A stretch of DNA of 64,000 nucleotides from an uncultured Clostridia bacterium (lineage in GTDB: Bacteria; Bacillota; Clostridia; TANB77; CAG-508), in contig CAKPCL010000001.1 of NCBI GenBank assembly GCA_934141605.1, forward strand, positions 90,730-154,729. The letters are read 5' to 3'. The notes beneath the pieces are model-generated. The model saw only the letters and a program-made list of their open reading frames with translations, made no database searches and was not told the origin of the DNA. Both the position numbers and the translations under genes were made by a program. Shown here one piece after another: positions 48,953 through 58,661 of the stretch (the stretch's first letter is position 1; each line of letters begins with the position of its first letter).

Positions 48953-49930
48953 ATGGCTAAAGAAGTTTTTGATTTTTATGATAAAACAAGCTTAAAATCT
49001 TATAATTTGGATAGAAATATGCAATATCAATTAAATATTTTGGGGAGTTTAGATATTTTTACTAGAAAACACTCTGAAAATGTTGCAAGTATCGTTTGTA
49101 GAATTTGTCAATATTTGCATTGTTCAAAAAATTTTACAGAATACTGCACTATTTGTGCATATTTACATGATATTGGAAAACAGTTTATACCTGCTAGCAT
49201 TTTGCAAAAGCAATCTGCTTTAACTCAGGAAGAATTTGAAATTATGAAAACTCATACTACTATAGGGTATAAAATCTGTATGGACGATGAAAAGTTAAGG
49301 CCTTATTCTGCTGGTCCTATTTATCACCATGAGGCTTTAAATGGTTCTGGTTATCCTAATGGCTTAACTAAAGATGAAATTCCTTATGAAGGTCAGATAA
49401 TTAGAGTTGCAGATGAATATGATGCTCTTGTTAGTAAAAGACAATATAAATCTCACATTGGTATTGTTGATACTCTTAATATTTTAATAGATGAAACTAA
49501 GCCTATTAAAAATTCTGATGTTATGAAAATTTTAGTGGAAGAGTCTAAGCCTGATAATAGTTCTTCTGGAAGTGTTAAAATTCCTTCTCTAGGTAAAAAT
49601 AATCCTATAATTGTTAAGGCTTTAATAAAAGTTATTATTGATGATACTGAATATGAAATTTCTTGTATTATGGATTATTTGAAAGACTTAAAATCAGAAA
49701 TAAAAAGGCTTGAGGAAATTAAAAAGTATGATAGTAAGAGGCTTTCTTCTAAAACTGAGGCTAAACAGAATTATTATTTGGAAGGTATGAAATGTTTGCT
49801 TACTGGTCAAGAGACTATTGAAAATTATAATGAAGTTTTAACTTCTTATAAGACTATTTTTAAAAATAAGTCTGAACAAATTGATAAATTGTTTGAGGAG
49901 ATAAAAACAATTAAAAAGCTAAAAGTTTAA
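48953..49930 (+). CDS. HD-GYP domain protein (putative c-di-GMP phosphodiesterase) with a C-terminal coiled-coil region
   Basis: YLHDIGK and HHEALNGSGYPNGL (HD...GYP) motifs. Confidence 0.65.
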   Translation: MAKEVFDFYDKTSLKSYNLDRNMQYQLNILGSLDIFTRKHSENVASIVCRICQYLHCSKNFTEYCTICAYLHDIGKQFIPASILQKQSALTQEEFEIMKTHTTIGYKICMDDEKLRPYSAGPIYHHEALNGSGYPNGLTKDEIPYEGQIIRVADEYDALVSKRQYKSHIGIVDTLNILIDETKPIKNSDVMKILVEESKPDNSSSGSVKIPSLGKNNPIIVKALIKVIIDDTEYEISCIMDYLKDLKSEIKRLEEIKKYDSKRLSSKTEAKQNYYLEGMKCLLTGQETIENYNEVLTSYKTIFKNKSEQIDKLFEEIKTIKKLKV

Positions 49931-49937
49931 ATAAATT

Positions 49938-49968
49938 AAAGAGGGGTTTTTCTTAAAATCCCTCTTTT
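49938..49968. terminator. Bidirectional terminator
   Basis: aagagggg tttttcttaaaa tccctctt hairpin between convergent genes. Confidence 0.45.
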
Positions 49969-49970
49969 GC

Positions 49971-50330
49971 TTATTCTTCTAATCCAAAACTTACCCCTAG
50001 TGCATTATTTATTTTGCTTATTATATTTTCATCTTCTATGTGTCCTATTTTTTCTTTTAATCTACTTTTGTCTATTGTTCTAATTTGTTCTGCTAATACT
50101 ACAGAATTATTTTTTAGACCGCATTTTTCTGAGTCTATTTCTATGTGTGTTGGTAGCTTTGTTTTATTTGTTTGTGATGTTATAGCAGCTGCAATTACAG
50201 TTGGGCTGTATTTATTTCCCATATCATTTTGTATTATTAAAACTGGTCTTATTCCTCCTTGTTCTGATCCTATAACTGGGCTTAAATCTGCATAAAACAT
50301 ATCTCCTCTTTTTATTATCATATTCTTCAC
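49971..50330 (-). CDS. mazF: Type II toxin-antitoxin system PemK/MazF-family endoribonuclease toxin
   Basis: [47 protein letters not shown] is EndoA/MazF-like; no antitoxin ORF upstream. Confidence 0.8.
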   Translation of the reverse strand: MKNMIIKRGDMFYADLSPVIGSEQGGIRPVLIIQNDMGNKYSPTVIAAAITSQTNKTKLPTHIEIDSEKCGLKNNSVVLAEQIRTIDKSRLKEKIGHIEDENIISKINNALGVSFGLEE

Positions 50331-50385
50331 TCCTAATGTTAGTATGTGTCAATCATATATTTTTTTATATTAGTTTGAAGATAAA

Positions 50386-51036
50386 TTATATGTTTATCTC
50401 ATTATATATTATGTAGATTATTATATTTTGGTTAGTGTCTTTTATTTCCATTTTGGTTGGTTTTCCTGTTTCTTTTGATATATATAGTGTTTTATATTTT
50501 TGATAATTGTTTTCTGATTTAGCTGTTGTTTCCATAATTATTTGGTTGTTTTCTTCTTTAAATTTTGAATTTGGATTGTTTTTGTAGTTTTCTATAAAGC
50601 TTTTTAGGTCTAGGTTGTTTTCTGTTATTTCTGAATAGTTTTCTATTATTTTTGTTAAGCTTAATTTTGAGTTTTCTATTTTTAGGTTTATTCCTTCTTT
50701 TATTATTTTTACTCCCTGTATATTGCTTGGTTCTATTACTTCTTGTTCGTTTTTGCTATTTTCTATGTATGCTTGTTTTATTTTATATTTGTTGCTGTTT
50801 TTGTTGCTTTTTACTTCTACGCTTATTTCTGTTTCGTATGAACTAATATTTAAAATATAGTTTATGATTTCTTGACTAGTACTATTGTTTCCAATTTTAA
50901 AATTTTTAGCCGTTTTATTGTTATTTTTTATAAAAAATATTACTGTTATTATTGCTATTATTATTAATATTGTTATTATTATTGTTTTTTTATTGTTTTT
51001 TTCTTTTGTTTTTGGGTGATAGTGTTTTTTTTGCAT
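50386..51036 (-). CDS. Membrane-anchored hypothetical protein
   Basis: N-terminal Lys-rich segment then TM (TIIITILIIIAIITVIFFI); N/K-rich extracytoplasmic domain. Confidence 0.4.
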   Translation of the reverse strand: MQKKHYHPKTKEKNNKKTIIITILIIIAIITVIFFIKNNNKTAKNFKIGNNSTSQEIINYILNISSYETEISVEVKSNKNSNKYKIKQAYIENSKNEQEVIEPSNIQGVKIIKEGINLKIENSKLSLTKIIENYSEITENNLDLKSFIENYKNNPNSKFKEENNQIIMETTAKSENNYQKYKTLYISKETGKPTKMEIKDTNQNIIIYIIYNEINI

Positions 51037-51135
51037 AATTAAAAGCCTCCTAAAAATTATTATTTATTATAATTTTTATTCAGCTTTTTGTTAATTATTA
51101 TATTTTTTTGTTATTCTAGTACTGTCACATTTGTC

Positions 51136-53097
51136 TCATTTAATTTTGTATCTTTGATTGTCTAGCTTATAATTTAATTCTATTTCTTCTTTGCTTAATA
51201 GCCTGTCATATATCCTTACTGATTTTATTTTTCCTCCAAAATAGCAATGGGCATCTGGCCATACATCTCCACCTACATAATAAGTTTCCCTATCTCTTCC
51301 TAAAGAGAATATATTTGCTTTCCAACCGCTTTCTTCCGCAGTATCTTCATTTATATAGGTATTTCCACCATCTACATATATATAATTTTTAGTCAAATCA
51401 CTTCCAAATGATATTGAATTTAATTGATTCAAATAAATTTTATTTTGAGGTATATTATATATTTTATTACCAAAATATACTGAATTGCATCTTGATGTAC
51501 CATCATTTATTTCTGATGCCCACAATAGATATGGTGGTGATGTTTTGTTTACTTGATGTCCTCCCAAGTCCAATATATTTCCATATTGTGATTTAGTGGT
51601 TTCTGAAATAATCTCAATTGTTGCACTGTGATTGTTTCCAATTCCATTAAATAATGGATTTGTTGTTGTCATATAATCATCTACACCATCAAATATTATT
51701 CCGTCGCTTATCCAACCACTGTCAGAATTATAATTAAAATTGTATAATGGCATATCATTTCCATTTCCACTTATATCTTTCCAAGTTGATGTTGTATTGC
51801 TATGTCCATTTCCTGTATTATTTATTCCGTCATAATGCACAACTAGTCCTTCTTGTATATATCCCGGATATGCGTTCACAGCATTTGTTATTATAACATT
51901 TCCTGCATTATCTTCTGCTTTCATTTTTATATTATAAGTTTGTGCATATGTTAAATTGTCAAATATGTAAAAATTGCTATTGTTCGTTACCCATGTTGTA
52001 CCATTATCTTTACTGAAATAATATTGTTTAATCTCACTTTTTTCATATTTTTCAGTAGCCTCTTTGTCAGTTGTTTTTCCAGTTACTTTTAAACTTGTTA
52101 TAGTATTAGTTTCAACTGTTGGTGTAAAGTCTTTTGGAGCTAGTTTATCTATGTTTGTTACATTGCCTGTGGCTGAACCGCCATAATTTTTTCCGTCGTA
52201 TAATGATACATAAATTTTTCCGTTCTCCGTAAAAACTTGACTTGCTGTGTCTTCCCAGTTCTTACCGTCTTTACTTGTTTGTAATTTATATCCTGTTATA
52301 TCTGTATTTAGTGTTGCTGTTACTGTTACAGCCTTATTTGTCCATGTTTCTTTATTAATCTCTGTTCCATCGACTGTATATGTAAATATTATATCTCCTT
52401 CTTCTATGCTTGGTACACTTCCAACTATTATATCTTTTGTTACTTCCGCTGTTTGCTTATTTTCTGCTATTGCTTCTACTTTTATACTATATGTTTTATT
52501 TTGTTTTAATCCTGTGTATGTATATGTTTCTTCTGTTGTTGTTTCTTTTTCTGTATACTTTTCTTCATTTTCTGCTTTTATATAGTATTTTATTTTTCCG
52601 CCTTGATTTCTCCATGTTTTTACTTGTACTGTTATTGAGTTTGTTGTTGATGTTGCATTTACTATTTTTATTATTGGTGGAAATTTTCCTTGTTCTCCTA
52701 TAAATTCTATCCCTTTTAGTGAAACCTTATATACATCTTTGTCTACTATTACATAAAAATATATTTCTATTTCTTCTCCGTCTTCCTCTGTACTTGTTTC
52801 TTCTACTGTTACTTCTTTTCCTATTTCTTTTAGCTCACCTATATTTTTATTTACATCTTCTCTTGTTGCTTTTATTATTTTTTCTGCACTTCCTGTTGAA
52901 TTTAGCATTTGTTGTGTTAATAGCTTTAAGTTTAGATATTCTGAAACTTGTGCTCTTTTATTTTCTAGTTCTGCTCTTTTGGCACTTTCAAATATTCCTG
53001 TTCCTGTCATTGCTTGTATTGATATTCCTGCCAGTATTAGCATTAATATTATTGTTATTACTAGTGCTACTAATGTTATACCTTTACTTTGTTTCAT
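51136..53097 (-). CDS. Prepilin-like-leader surface protein with FN3/Ig-like and C-terminal LamG (concanavalin-like) domains
   Basis: MKQSKG|ITLVALVITIILMLILAG leader (ATG 53097, RBS aaaggagg); middle FN3-like TYSIKVEAIAENK; C-terminal LamG signature SVRIYDRLLSKEEIELNY. Confidence 0.6.
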   Translation of the reverse strand: MKQSKGITLVALVITIILMLILAGISIQAMTGTGIFESAKRAELENKRAQVSEYLNLKLLTQQMLNSTGSAEKIIKATREDVNKNIGELKEIGKEVTVEETSTEEDGEEIEIYFYVIVDKDVYKVSLKGIEFIGEQGKFPPIIKIVNATSTTNSITVQVKTWRNQGGKIKYYIKAENEEKYTEKETTTEETYTYTGLKQNKTYSIKVEAIAENKQTAEVTKDIIVGSVPSIEEGDIIFTYTVDGTEINKETWTNKAVTVTATLNTDITGYKLQTSKDGKNWEDTASQVFTENGKIYVSLYDGKNYGGSATGNVTNIDKLAPKDFTPTVETNTITSLKVTGKTTDKEATEKYEKSEIKQYYFSKDNGTTWVTNNSNFYIFDNLTYAQTYNIKMKAEDNAGNVIITNAVNAYPGYIQEGLVVHYDGINNTGNGHSNTTSTWKDISGNGNDMPLYNFNYNSDSGWISDGIIFDGVDDYMTTTNPLFNGIGNNHSATIEIISETTKSQYGNILDLGGHQVNKTSPPYLLWASEINDGTSRCNSVYFGNKIYNIPQNKIYLNQLNSISFGSDLTKNYIYVDGGNTYINEDTAEESGWKANIFSLGRDRETYYVGGDVWPDAHCYFGGKIKSVRIYDRLLSKEEIELNYKLDNQRYKIK

Positions 53098-53132
53098 CTT
53101 TTGTGGTCCTCCTTTTATAATATCTATATCAA

Positions 53133-53168
53133 TTTTACACGCGTTGCGTGTAAAAGTCAATACGCGTA
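53133..53168. promoter_or_regulatory. GC-rich perfect palindrome (putative operator) between the pilin-like gene and its divergent XRE regulator
   Basis: ttttacacgcgttgcgtgtaaaa (10-bp arms) at 53133-53155 plus a second tacgcgta at 53161-53168, in an otherwise AT-rich intergenic region. Confidence 0.5.
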
Positions 53169-53201
53169 ATAAGAATATTCTATAATTTATATGGTGATTA
53201 T

Positions 53202-53423
53202 ATGAAACTAAGAATTAGAGATTTAAGAGAAGATAAAGATTTAACGCAAGCAAAACTTGCTGAATTATTAGGTTGTACTCAACAGACTTATTCTAGATAT
53301 GAGTCTGGTGAAATAACTATTGATATATATAATTTAGCAAAATTGGCAGAATTTTATGGAACTTCTTGTGATTATTTATTAGGAATAACTGATATTTCTA
53401 AGCCTTATAAAAAAACAAGCTAG
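53202..53423 (+). CDS. XRE-family HTH transcriptional regulator
   Basis: ~50% identical to 5849-6064 (MKLRIRDLREDKDLTQ...DYLLGITDISKPYKK). Confidence 0.7.
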   Translation: MKLRIRDLREDKDLTQAKLAELLGCTQQTYSRYESGEITIDIYNLAKLAEFYGTSCDYLLGITDISKPYKKTS

Positions 53424-53494
53424 AATATTTGAATTTTTATCATTTTTAATACTCTAGCTTTAAATTACTTTTTAAATATATTTTATATGTGCTT

Positions 53495-54313
53495 CTATTT
53501 AATTTTGTTATATTTTTCTATTTCTTCTTTACTGGCTCCTGTTATTCTTGATATTAAATCTATTGGTAATTTTTCTTTTAGCATATTTTTTATATGCTCA
53601 GTTCTAATTTGAAGCCTACCTGTATTAATATCTTTAATTTTTTCCTCTCTTATCATATCAAATACTGCTAACATATCACCTTCACCTCCTACATCTATGC
53701 TTTTTAAAATTTCTTTTGCCTTCTTCTCACCAACTATATTTAATGCTAAAACACTTGTTGCTTTATTTAAAAATTTTCTTTCTTCTTTAGTATATACTGT
53801 TGCATTTTTATTTATTTCAATATAAATTCTATTTAAAGTTTCACATAGCTTTTCTTCCGTTTTTGATTTTTCTATTAACATTATTTTACTTATTATTGAT
53901 TTTTCTTCTAACAACTCACTATCACTTATTTCATTAATGTCCAAAATGTTATATCTTGATAATTCTTGACCTTTATAGTTTCTCCATTTATGCTGTATGC
54001 TTCTTAAATCAAGTTTTGCGTTCCACTTTTCTTTTCCTGTATATAAGACTATTGGAATTACTAATGAATATTCATGCCATTTGCCTATATATTTGTTATC
54101 ATTTTCCACACTTTCTATTAAATTTAGCTCATATTTTAATATTCTATATGGCATTGAATAATCTATTTTTGTTTGATGCTCAATAAGAAAAAATACATTT
54201 TCATTTTTCATTTTATATACTACATCTGATTCTGAGTTTTTTAATTCTTCAGATATATAACTACTATTATATTTTTCAATTTCATTTTCTGTTATTTTTT
54301 CATTATCTTTCAA
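53495..54313 (-). CDS. Rpn-family recombination-promoting nuclease / PD-(D/E)XK transposase-like protein
   Basis: 272 aa; VFFLIEHQTKIDYSMPYRILKYELNLIES is typical of the family; paralogue of 3411-4262. Confidence 0.65.
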   Translation of the reverse strand: MKDNEKITENEIEKYNSSYISEELKNSESDVVYKMKNENVFFLIEHQTKIDYSMPYRILKYELNLIESVENDNKYIGKWHEYSLVIPIVLYTGKEKWNAKLDLRSIQHKWRNYKGQELSRYNILDINEISDSELLEEKSIISKIMLIEKSKTEEKLCETLNRIYIEINKNATVYTKEERKFLNKATSVLALNIVGEKKAKEILKSIDVGGEGDMLAVFDMIREEKIKDINTGRLQIRTEHIKNMLKEKLPIDLISRITGASKEEIEKYNKIK

Positions 54314-54654
54314 AACTCTATTTATTATTTTTACTGCATCTTTTTTCTTGTCTAGTGCTTTTCTACATATTTTGTCGTGTGGATTTTTTACTTCTAATAA
54401 TTGGTATTCTGCTTCATTATCGCTTAAATAATCTTGTTTATGTTTTTCATATTTTTCTTTATATAAGTTATATTCTTTAGTTGTAAATATTTCTATAATA
54501 GTTCCATCTCCTTTATTATAATATTTTTTGTTTTTATTGTCAATATTTATTTAACAGTTAATATAGTTTTTTTATCCCTCCCTTGCTTTGTCTTTTTAAT
54601 TTCTTGGGTTTTCTTTAGATTTAATTTTTGAATAAAATTTTATTGATTATAAAA

Positions 54655-54708
54655 AGCAACTTATGTGCTAAATAGAATATTCTATTTATATCACATATAG
54701 TTGCTATT
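54655..54708 (-). promoter_or_regulatory. Conserved hairpin/palindrome upstream of the Rpn gene, copy B
   Basis: Stem agcaact/agttgct (a compensated C-G to A-T change relative to copy A) enclosing the identical aaatagaatattctattt palindrome. Confidence 0.5.
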
Positions 54709-54793
54709 GTAAATAATTTTTTAACAATTTTATGTAGATTTCATCGCAAAATTCGACAAAAAAATGAGACAGTTTTGCACTGTCCCAAATCTC

Positions 54794-55786
54794 TCAATCT
54801 TTTATAATGCAAATTATTACATTATTTCCTTTTTCATTATATAAACAATAATCATAACTATATCCAGTTTTATCAAGGGAAGTTCTTTTTTTAACTGTTA
54901 TGCCAACTCCTGTATAATAATTTTTATTAATAGTATCATTTTGAATTACTTTTTCTACCATGTTTATTTTTTTACCTAGACATTTTATATCACAAATTAT
55001 AGTTCTATTTGATTCATATATACATATTCTGATTAAATCATTAACTGCATTATTGCAATTTTCAATAAATTCATTTAATCTATTTTTATCATTTGAAACA
55101 ACTTGGTTTTTATCATTTATAACAAAACAGTTATCAGAAATTGCTTTTTCTATATTATAATCATTTGTTATATTATCTATACTTTTATATTTATTTGTTG
55201 TATCTACATCATTAGGTAAATTTATAATTTCTATTTGTTCTCTATATAATTCTTTTGAAATCTTTGTTGAGATTACAGTATCATTTTCACTCCATACATC
55301 TTTTTTATTGAGTTCTACACATAATTTCTGATTTTCTATATAAATATTAGAAATGTATAGACCAGTTGTATTATAATTTTCACCCGCTAATATAATCATA
55401 AAATAATTATTGAAATCTTCTCTTTTCATATCAACTAAATTATCCCATACTTTTTTAGCATTTTCATATTCTTCATATGAATTTATCTTTTTATAATATA
55501 TACCATTATTCAATATCATATTTTGGTTATAATCATATCCCGGATTTTTATTAAAATTAGTTGATGTACTTTTTTGAATCAAATTATATGTTGTAATTCC
55601 TGCATATACAATTCCTGCAGTAGTAACTAATGAAATTAAAAATGCAATAAATGATTTTACAGCCAATATGTATTTTGAATTTTGATATATTTTCTTATAG
55701 AAAAAGCTATCGGTATTTTTTCTATTATTTGAATATTTTTCATATTTATTCCATACTTTATTTATAAAATCTTTTTCTTCTAACAT
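54794..55786 (-). CDS. Putative anti-sigma factor (single TM, extracytoplasmic domain)
   Basis: Overlaps the upstream ECF sigma gene by 7 nt; TM LAVKSFIAFLISLVTTAGIVYAGI. Confidence 0.5.
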   Translation of the reverse strand: MLEEKDFINKVWNKYEKYSNNRKNTDSFFYKKIYQNSKYILAVKSFIAFLISLVTTAGIVYAGITTYNLIQKSTSTNFNKNPGYDYNQNMILNNGIYYKKINSYEEYENAKKVWDNLVDMKREDFNNYFMIILAGENYNTTGLYISNIYIENQKLCVELNKKDVWSENDTVISTKISKELYREQIEIINLPNDVDTTNKYKSIDNITNDYNIEKAISDNCFVINDKNQVVSNDKNRLNEFIENCNNAVNDLIRICIYESNRTIICDIKCLGKKINMVEKVIQNDTINKNYYTGVGITVKKRTSLDKTGYSYDYCLYNEKGNNVIICIIKD

Positions 55787-56358
55787 AAGTAATTCTCCTT
55801 TCTTAATAGTTTTTTTAACGATTTTCTTGCTCTGTATATTAACATTTTTGTTTGAGGCATGGTTTTGTTTAAAATCTTACTAATTTCTTTATATTTAAAC
55901 TCCTGAAAATCAGCTAAATAAATAGCAATTTGATATTCGTTTTTTAATTTTTTTATATTATTATATAATGATTTATATTCTTCCTTTTTTATTACATTAT
56001 CATCTATGTTATTTTCATTATGTTCAATGTCTAAATCTACTATATATGATTCATCAAACATTACCTTTTTGTTTTGCTTTTTTAAATAGTTTATTGATCT
56101 ACTTTTGGCTATTGTATATAAATATGTTTTTAATGTATATTTAAAGTCATATTCTTTTTTATTTATAAGCATATATAAAAAAGTATCTTGTGCTAAGTCT
56201 TCTGAAACCTCGATGTTCTTAACATATTTCATTATAAATGCTATTAATGGTTTTCTATATCTTTTTATTATTAAATTAAAAGCTTCTTTGTTTCCACTTA
56301 GAAAGTCTTTATATAGTTCGATATCTGTTTTACTATCTAATATTGAATTTTCTAACAT
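55780..56358 (-). CDS. ECF-type sigma-70 family factor
   Basis: Region 2 (EDLAQDTFLYML) and region 4 (YQIAIYLADFQEFKYKEISKILNKTMPQTKMLIYRARKSLKKLL). Confidence 0.75.
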   Translation of the reverse strand: MLENSILDSKTDIELYKDFLSGNKEAFNLIIKRYRKPLIAFIMKYVKNIEVSEDLAQDTFLYMLINKKEYDFKYTLKTYLYTIAKSRSINYLKKQNKKVMFDESYIVDLDIEHNENNIDDNVIKKEEYKSLYNNIKKLKNEYQIAIYLADFQEFKYKEISKILNKTMPQTKMLIYRARKSLKKLLRKENYLC

Positions 56359-56537
56359 TTTTTCCTCCTTATTCTCTTATATGTAATTATATCATATACT
56401 TCTACCTTATAATAAATAATCTAATAAAGATTAATTATTATATGTATCTTTTATTATAAATACAAATTAAAATTAAAAAAGTAACATATAAAAATATTTT
56501 ATATATTACTTTTCTATAAAAATGTTATTTTAATTTT

Positions 56538-57512
56538 TTATTTGTTGTTAAAGAATTCATTTACTTCTTTTATTAGTTCATCTTTATTTTCAATTTTATT
56601 AATTTCATTTCTAAACTCACTAGAATTGGGCATATTTTTTGTGTACCAAGCAATATGCTTTCTCATTTCTCTGATTGCGGTTATTTCTTCTTTTTCTTGT
56701 AACTCTAGCTCTATATGTTTTTTTATTACTCTTAATTTTTCTTCATTAGATATTTCTGGTAATTTTTCTCCTGTTTCTAAAAAATATTTTATTTTTTCAA
56801 AAATCCATGGATTTCCAAATACTCCTCTTCCTATCATTATACCGTCAACACCTGTATATTCAAACATCTTTAGAGCTGATTCTTCATCAACTATATCTCC
56901 ATTTCCTATTACAGGAATTTTTACATTTTCTTTTACCTTTTTAATTATATCTAAGTCTACTTTTCCTGAATACATTTCAGATCTAGTTCTTCCATGAATA
57001 GTTATGGCTGATATTCCTGCATTTTCTGCCATTTGTGCAAATTCAACAGCAACTATGTTGTTGCTATCCCACCCTTTTCGTATTTTTAAAGTTACTGTTT
57101 TTTTTGAATTTTTAACTACGGATTTTATTACATTTTCTGCTTTTTTTATGTCTAATAGTAATTTACTGCCATCTCCATTTTTTACTACTTTAGGAGCTGG
57201 ACAGCCCATATTTATATCAACTATATCAGCTAGTTCACTTATGTATTTTGCTGCATAACCCATGGTTTCTTCATCACTACCAAATATTTGCATGCTTATA
57301 GGTCTTTGTTCTCCTTGGGTGTTCATTAGTAATTTTGTTTTTGTATCGTTATAATAAATTGCTTTACTGCTTACCATTTCTGTGCATACAAGCCCAGGTC
57401 CAAATTCTTTGCATATTTTACGCAATGCTAAGTCTGTTACTCCTGCCATTGGTGCTAATATTAAGTTGTTTTCTAGTTCTACATTTCCTATATTTATTTT
57501 TTTTAAATACAT
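56538..57512 (-). CDS. dusB: tRNA-dihydrouridine synthase DusB
   Basis: LAPMAGVTDLALRKICKEFG, INMGCPAPKV, catalytic Cys in the TIM barrel. Confidence 0.9.
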   Translation of the reverse strand: MYLKKINIGNVELENNLILAPMAGVTDLALRKICKEFGPGLVCTEMVSSKAIYYNDTKTKLLMNTQGEQRPISMQIFGSDEETMGYAAKYISELADIVDINMGCPAPKVVKNGDGSKLLLDIKKAENVIKSVVKNSKKTVTLKIRKGWDSNNIVAVEFAQMAENAGISAITIHGRTRSEMYSGKVDLDIIKKVKENVKIPVIGNGDIVDEESALKMFEYTGVDGIMIGRGVFGNPWIFEKIKYFLETGEKLPEISNEEKLRVIKKHIELELQEKEEITAIREMRKHIAWYTKNMPNSSEFRNEINKIENKDELIKEVNEFFNNK

Positions 57513-57687
57513 ACTTCCTCCAATGAATTTGGATTATTTTACAAATATTGTTTTTTGTCTTTTGCTACTTATGTTTAACAATATTCCTATTAACATGTAA
57601 CTTGTTATTAATGAGCTTCCTCCATAGCTTACAAATAATAGTGGAACTCCTGTAATTGGTAATAGTCCCATTACCATGCCTATATTT

Positions 57688-58641
57688 TCAGCCATGTGAA
57701 ATAAAAATATTCCCGCTATTCCAGAAGCTATTAGTGATCCTATATTGTCTTTTGCGGTTTTTGCTATATACAGTGCTTTTGTTACTAAAAAGGTATATAG
57801 AACTATAATTGTACCGCCCTACAATAAATCCCATTTCTTCTCCTATGACTGAGTATATAAAGTCTGTTGTTTTAGGGTATAAATATCCTAATTGTGTTTG
57901 ATTTCCTTTTAATAAGCCCATCCCTGTTAATCTGCCTGCTCCTATTGCTAATTTTGATTGTATTATATTATATCCGCTTCCGCGTGGGTCTGATTCAGGG
58001 TTTAAAAATATGTCTATTCTTTTTTTGGCGTGTTCAGGTAGTATAAAGTTGTATAGTATTGGTATTGATATGCAAATTATTATTAATGCTCCTATTATAT
58101 ATTTTTTATCTATTCCTGATGTGAATAACATTATTGCTAATGCTATACAGAAGGCCATTGCTGTTCCATAGTCTGGTTGTTTTATTATTAATAATAATGG
58201 CAAGGCTAATACAGCAAATATTATTAACAGTCTGGTTGGTCTATTTATATCTTCTGCATATCTTTCTTGAATTTTTGATATTACAAATGTTAAAAACAAT
58301 ATTACTGCAATTTTTGCAAATTCTGATGGTTGGAACGAAAAAGCTCCTATATTAAACCAACTTGTTGCTCCATTTACTGGTTTAGTAAATAATACTGCTA
58401 TTAACAATATAATAAATATACCATAAAAAATTGGTGATAGTTTTACCAATATTTCATAATTTATTAGCATTACTATTACCATCATTACTATACTTACCAC
58501 AAACCATATTATTTGCTTTTTAAATTCATCATATTCTGTTTCTGCTGTGGCTGAAAATAGTGCAATTAATCCTATAATTGTAAGGATAATTGCAACTATT
58601 AATAGTCCCCACTCCATGTTTTTTAATTCTCTTTTTCTCAT
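57688..58641 (-). CDS. rodA: FtsW/RodA/SpoVE (SEDS) family protein, C-terminus lost through an apparent +1 frameshift (authentic reading frame continues to ~57543)
   Basis: SEDS motifs; after GEEMGFIVG the frame produces junk (RYNYSSIY...), while the alternative frame reads GGTIIVLYTFLVTKALYIAKTAKDNIGSLIASGIAGIFLFHMAENIGMVMGLLPITGVPLLFVSYGGSSL to the stop at 57543. Confidence 0.8.
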   Translation of the reverse strand: MRKRELKNMEWGLLIVAIILTIIGLIALFSATAETEYDEFKKQIIWFVVSIVMMVIVMLINYEILVKLSPIFYGIFIILLIAVLFTKPVNGATSWFNIGAFSFQPSEFAKIAVILFLTFVISKIQERYAEDINRPTRLLIIFAVLALPLLLIIKQPDYGTAMAFCIALAIMLFTSGIDKKYIIGALIIICISIPILYNFILPEHAKKRIDIFLNPESDPRGSGYNIIQSKLAIGAGRLTGMGLLKGNQTQLGYLYPKTTDFIYSVIGEEMGFIVGRYNYSSIYLFSNKSTVYSKNRKRQYRITNSFWNSGNIFISHG

Positions 58642-58661
58642 TAAATCACTCTTTTTCTTTT

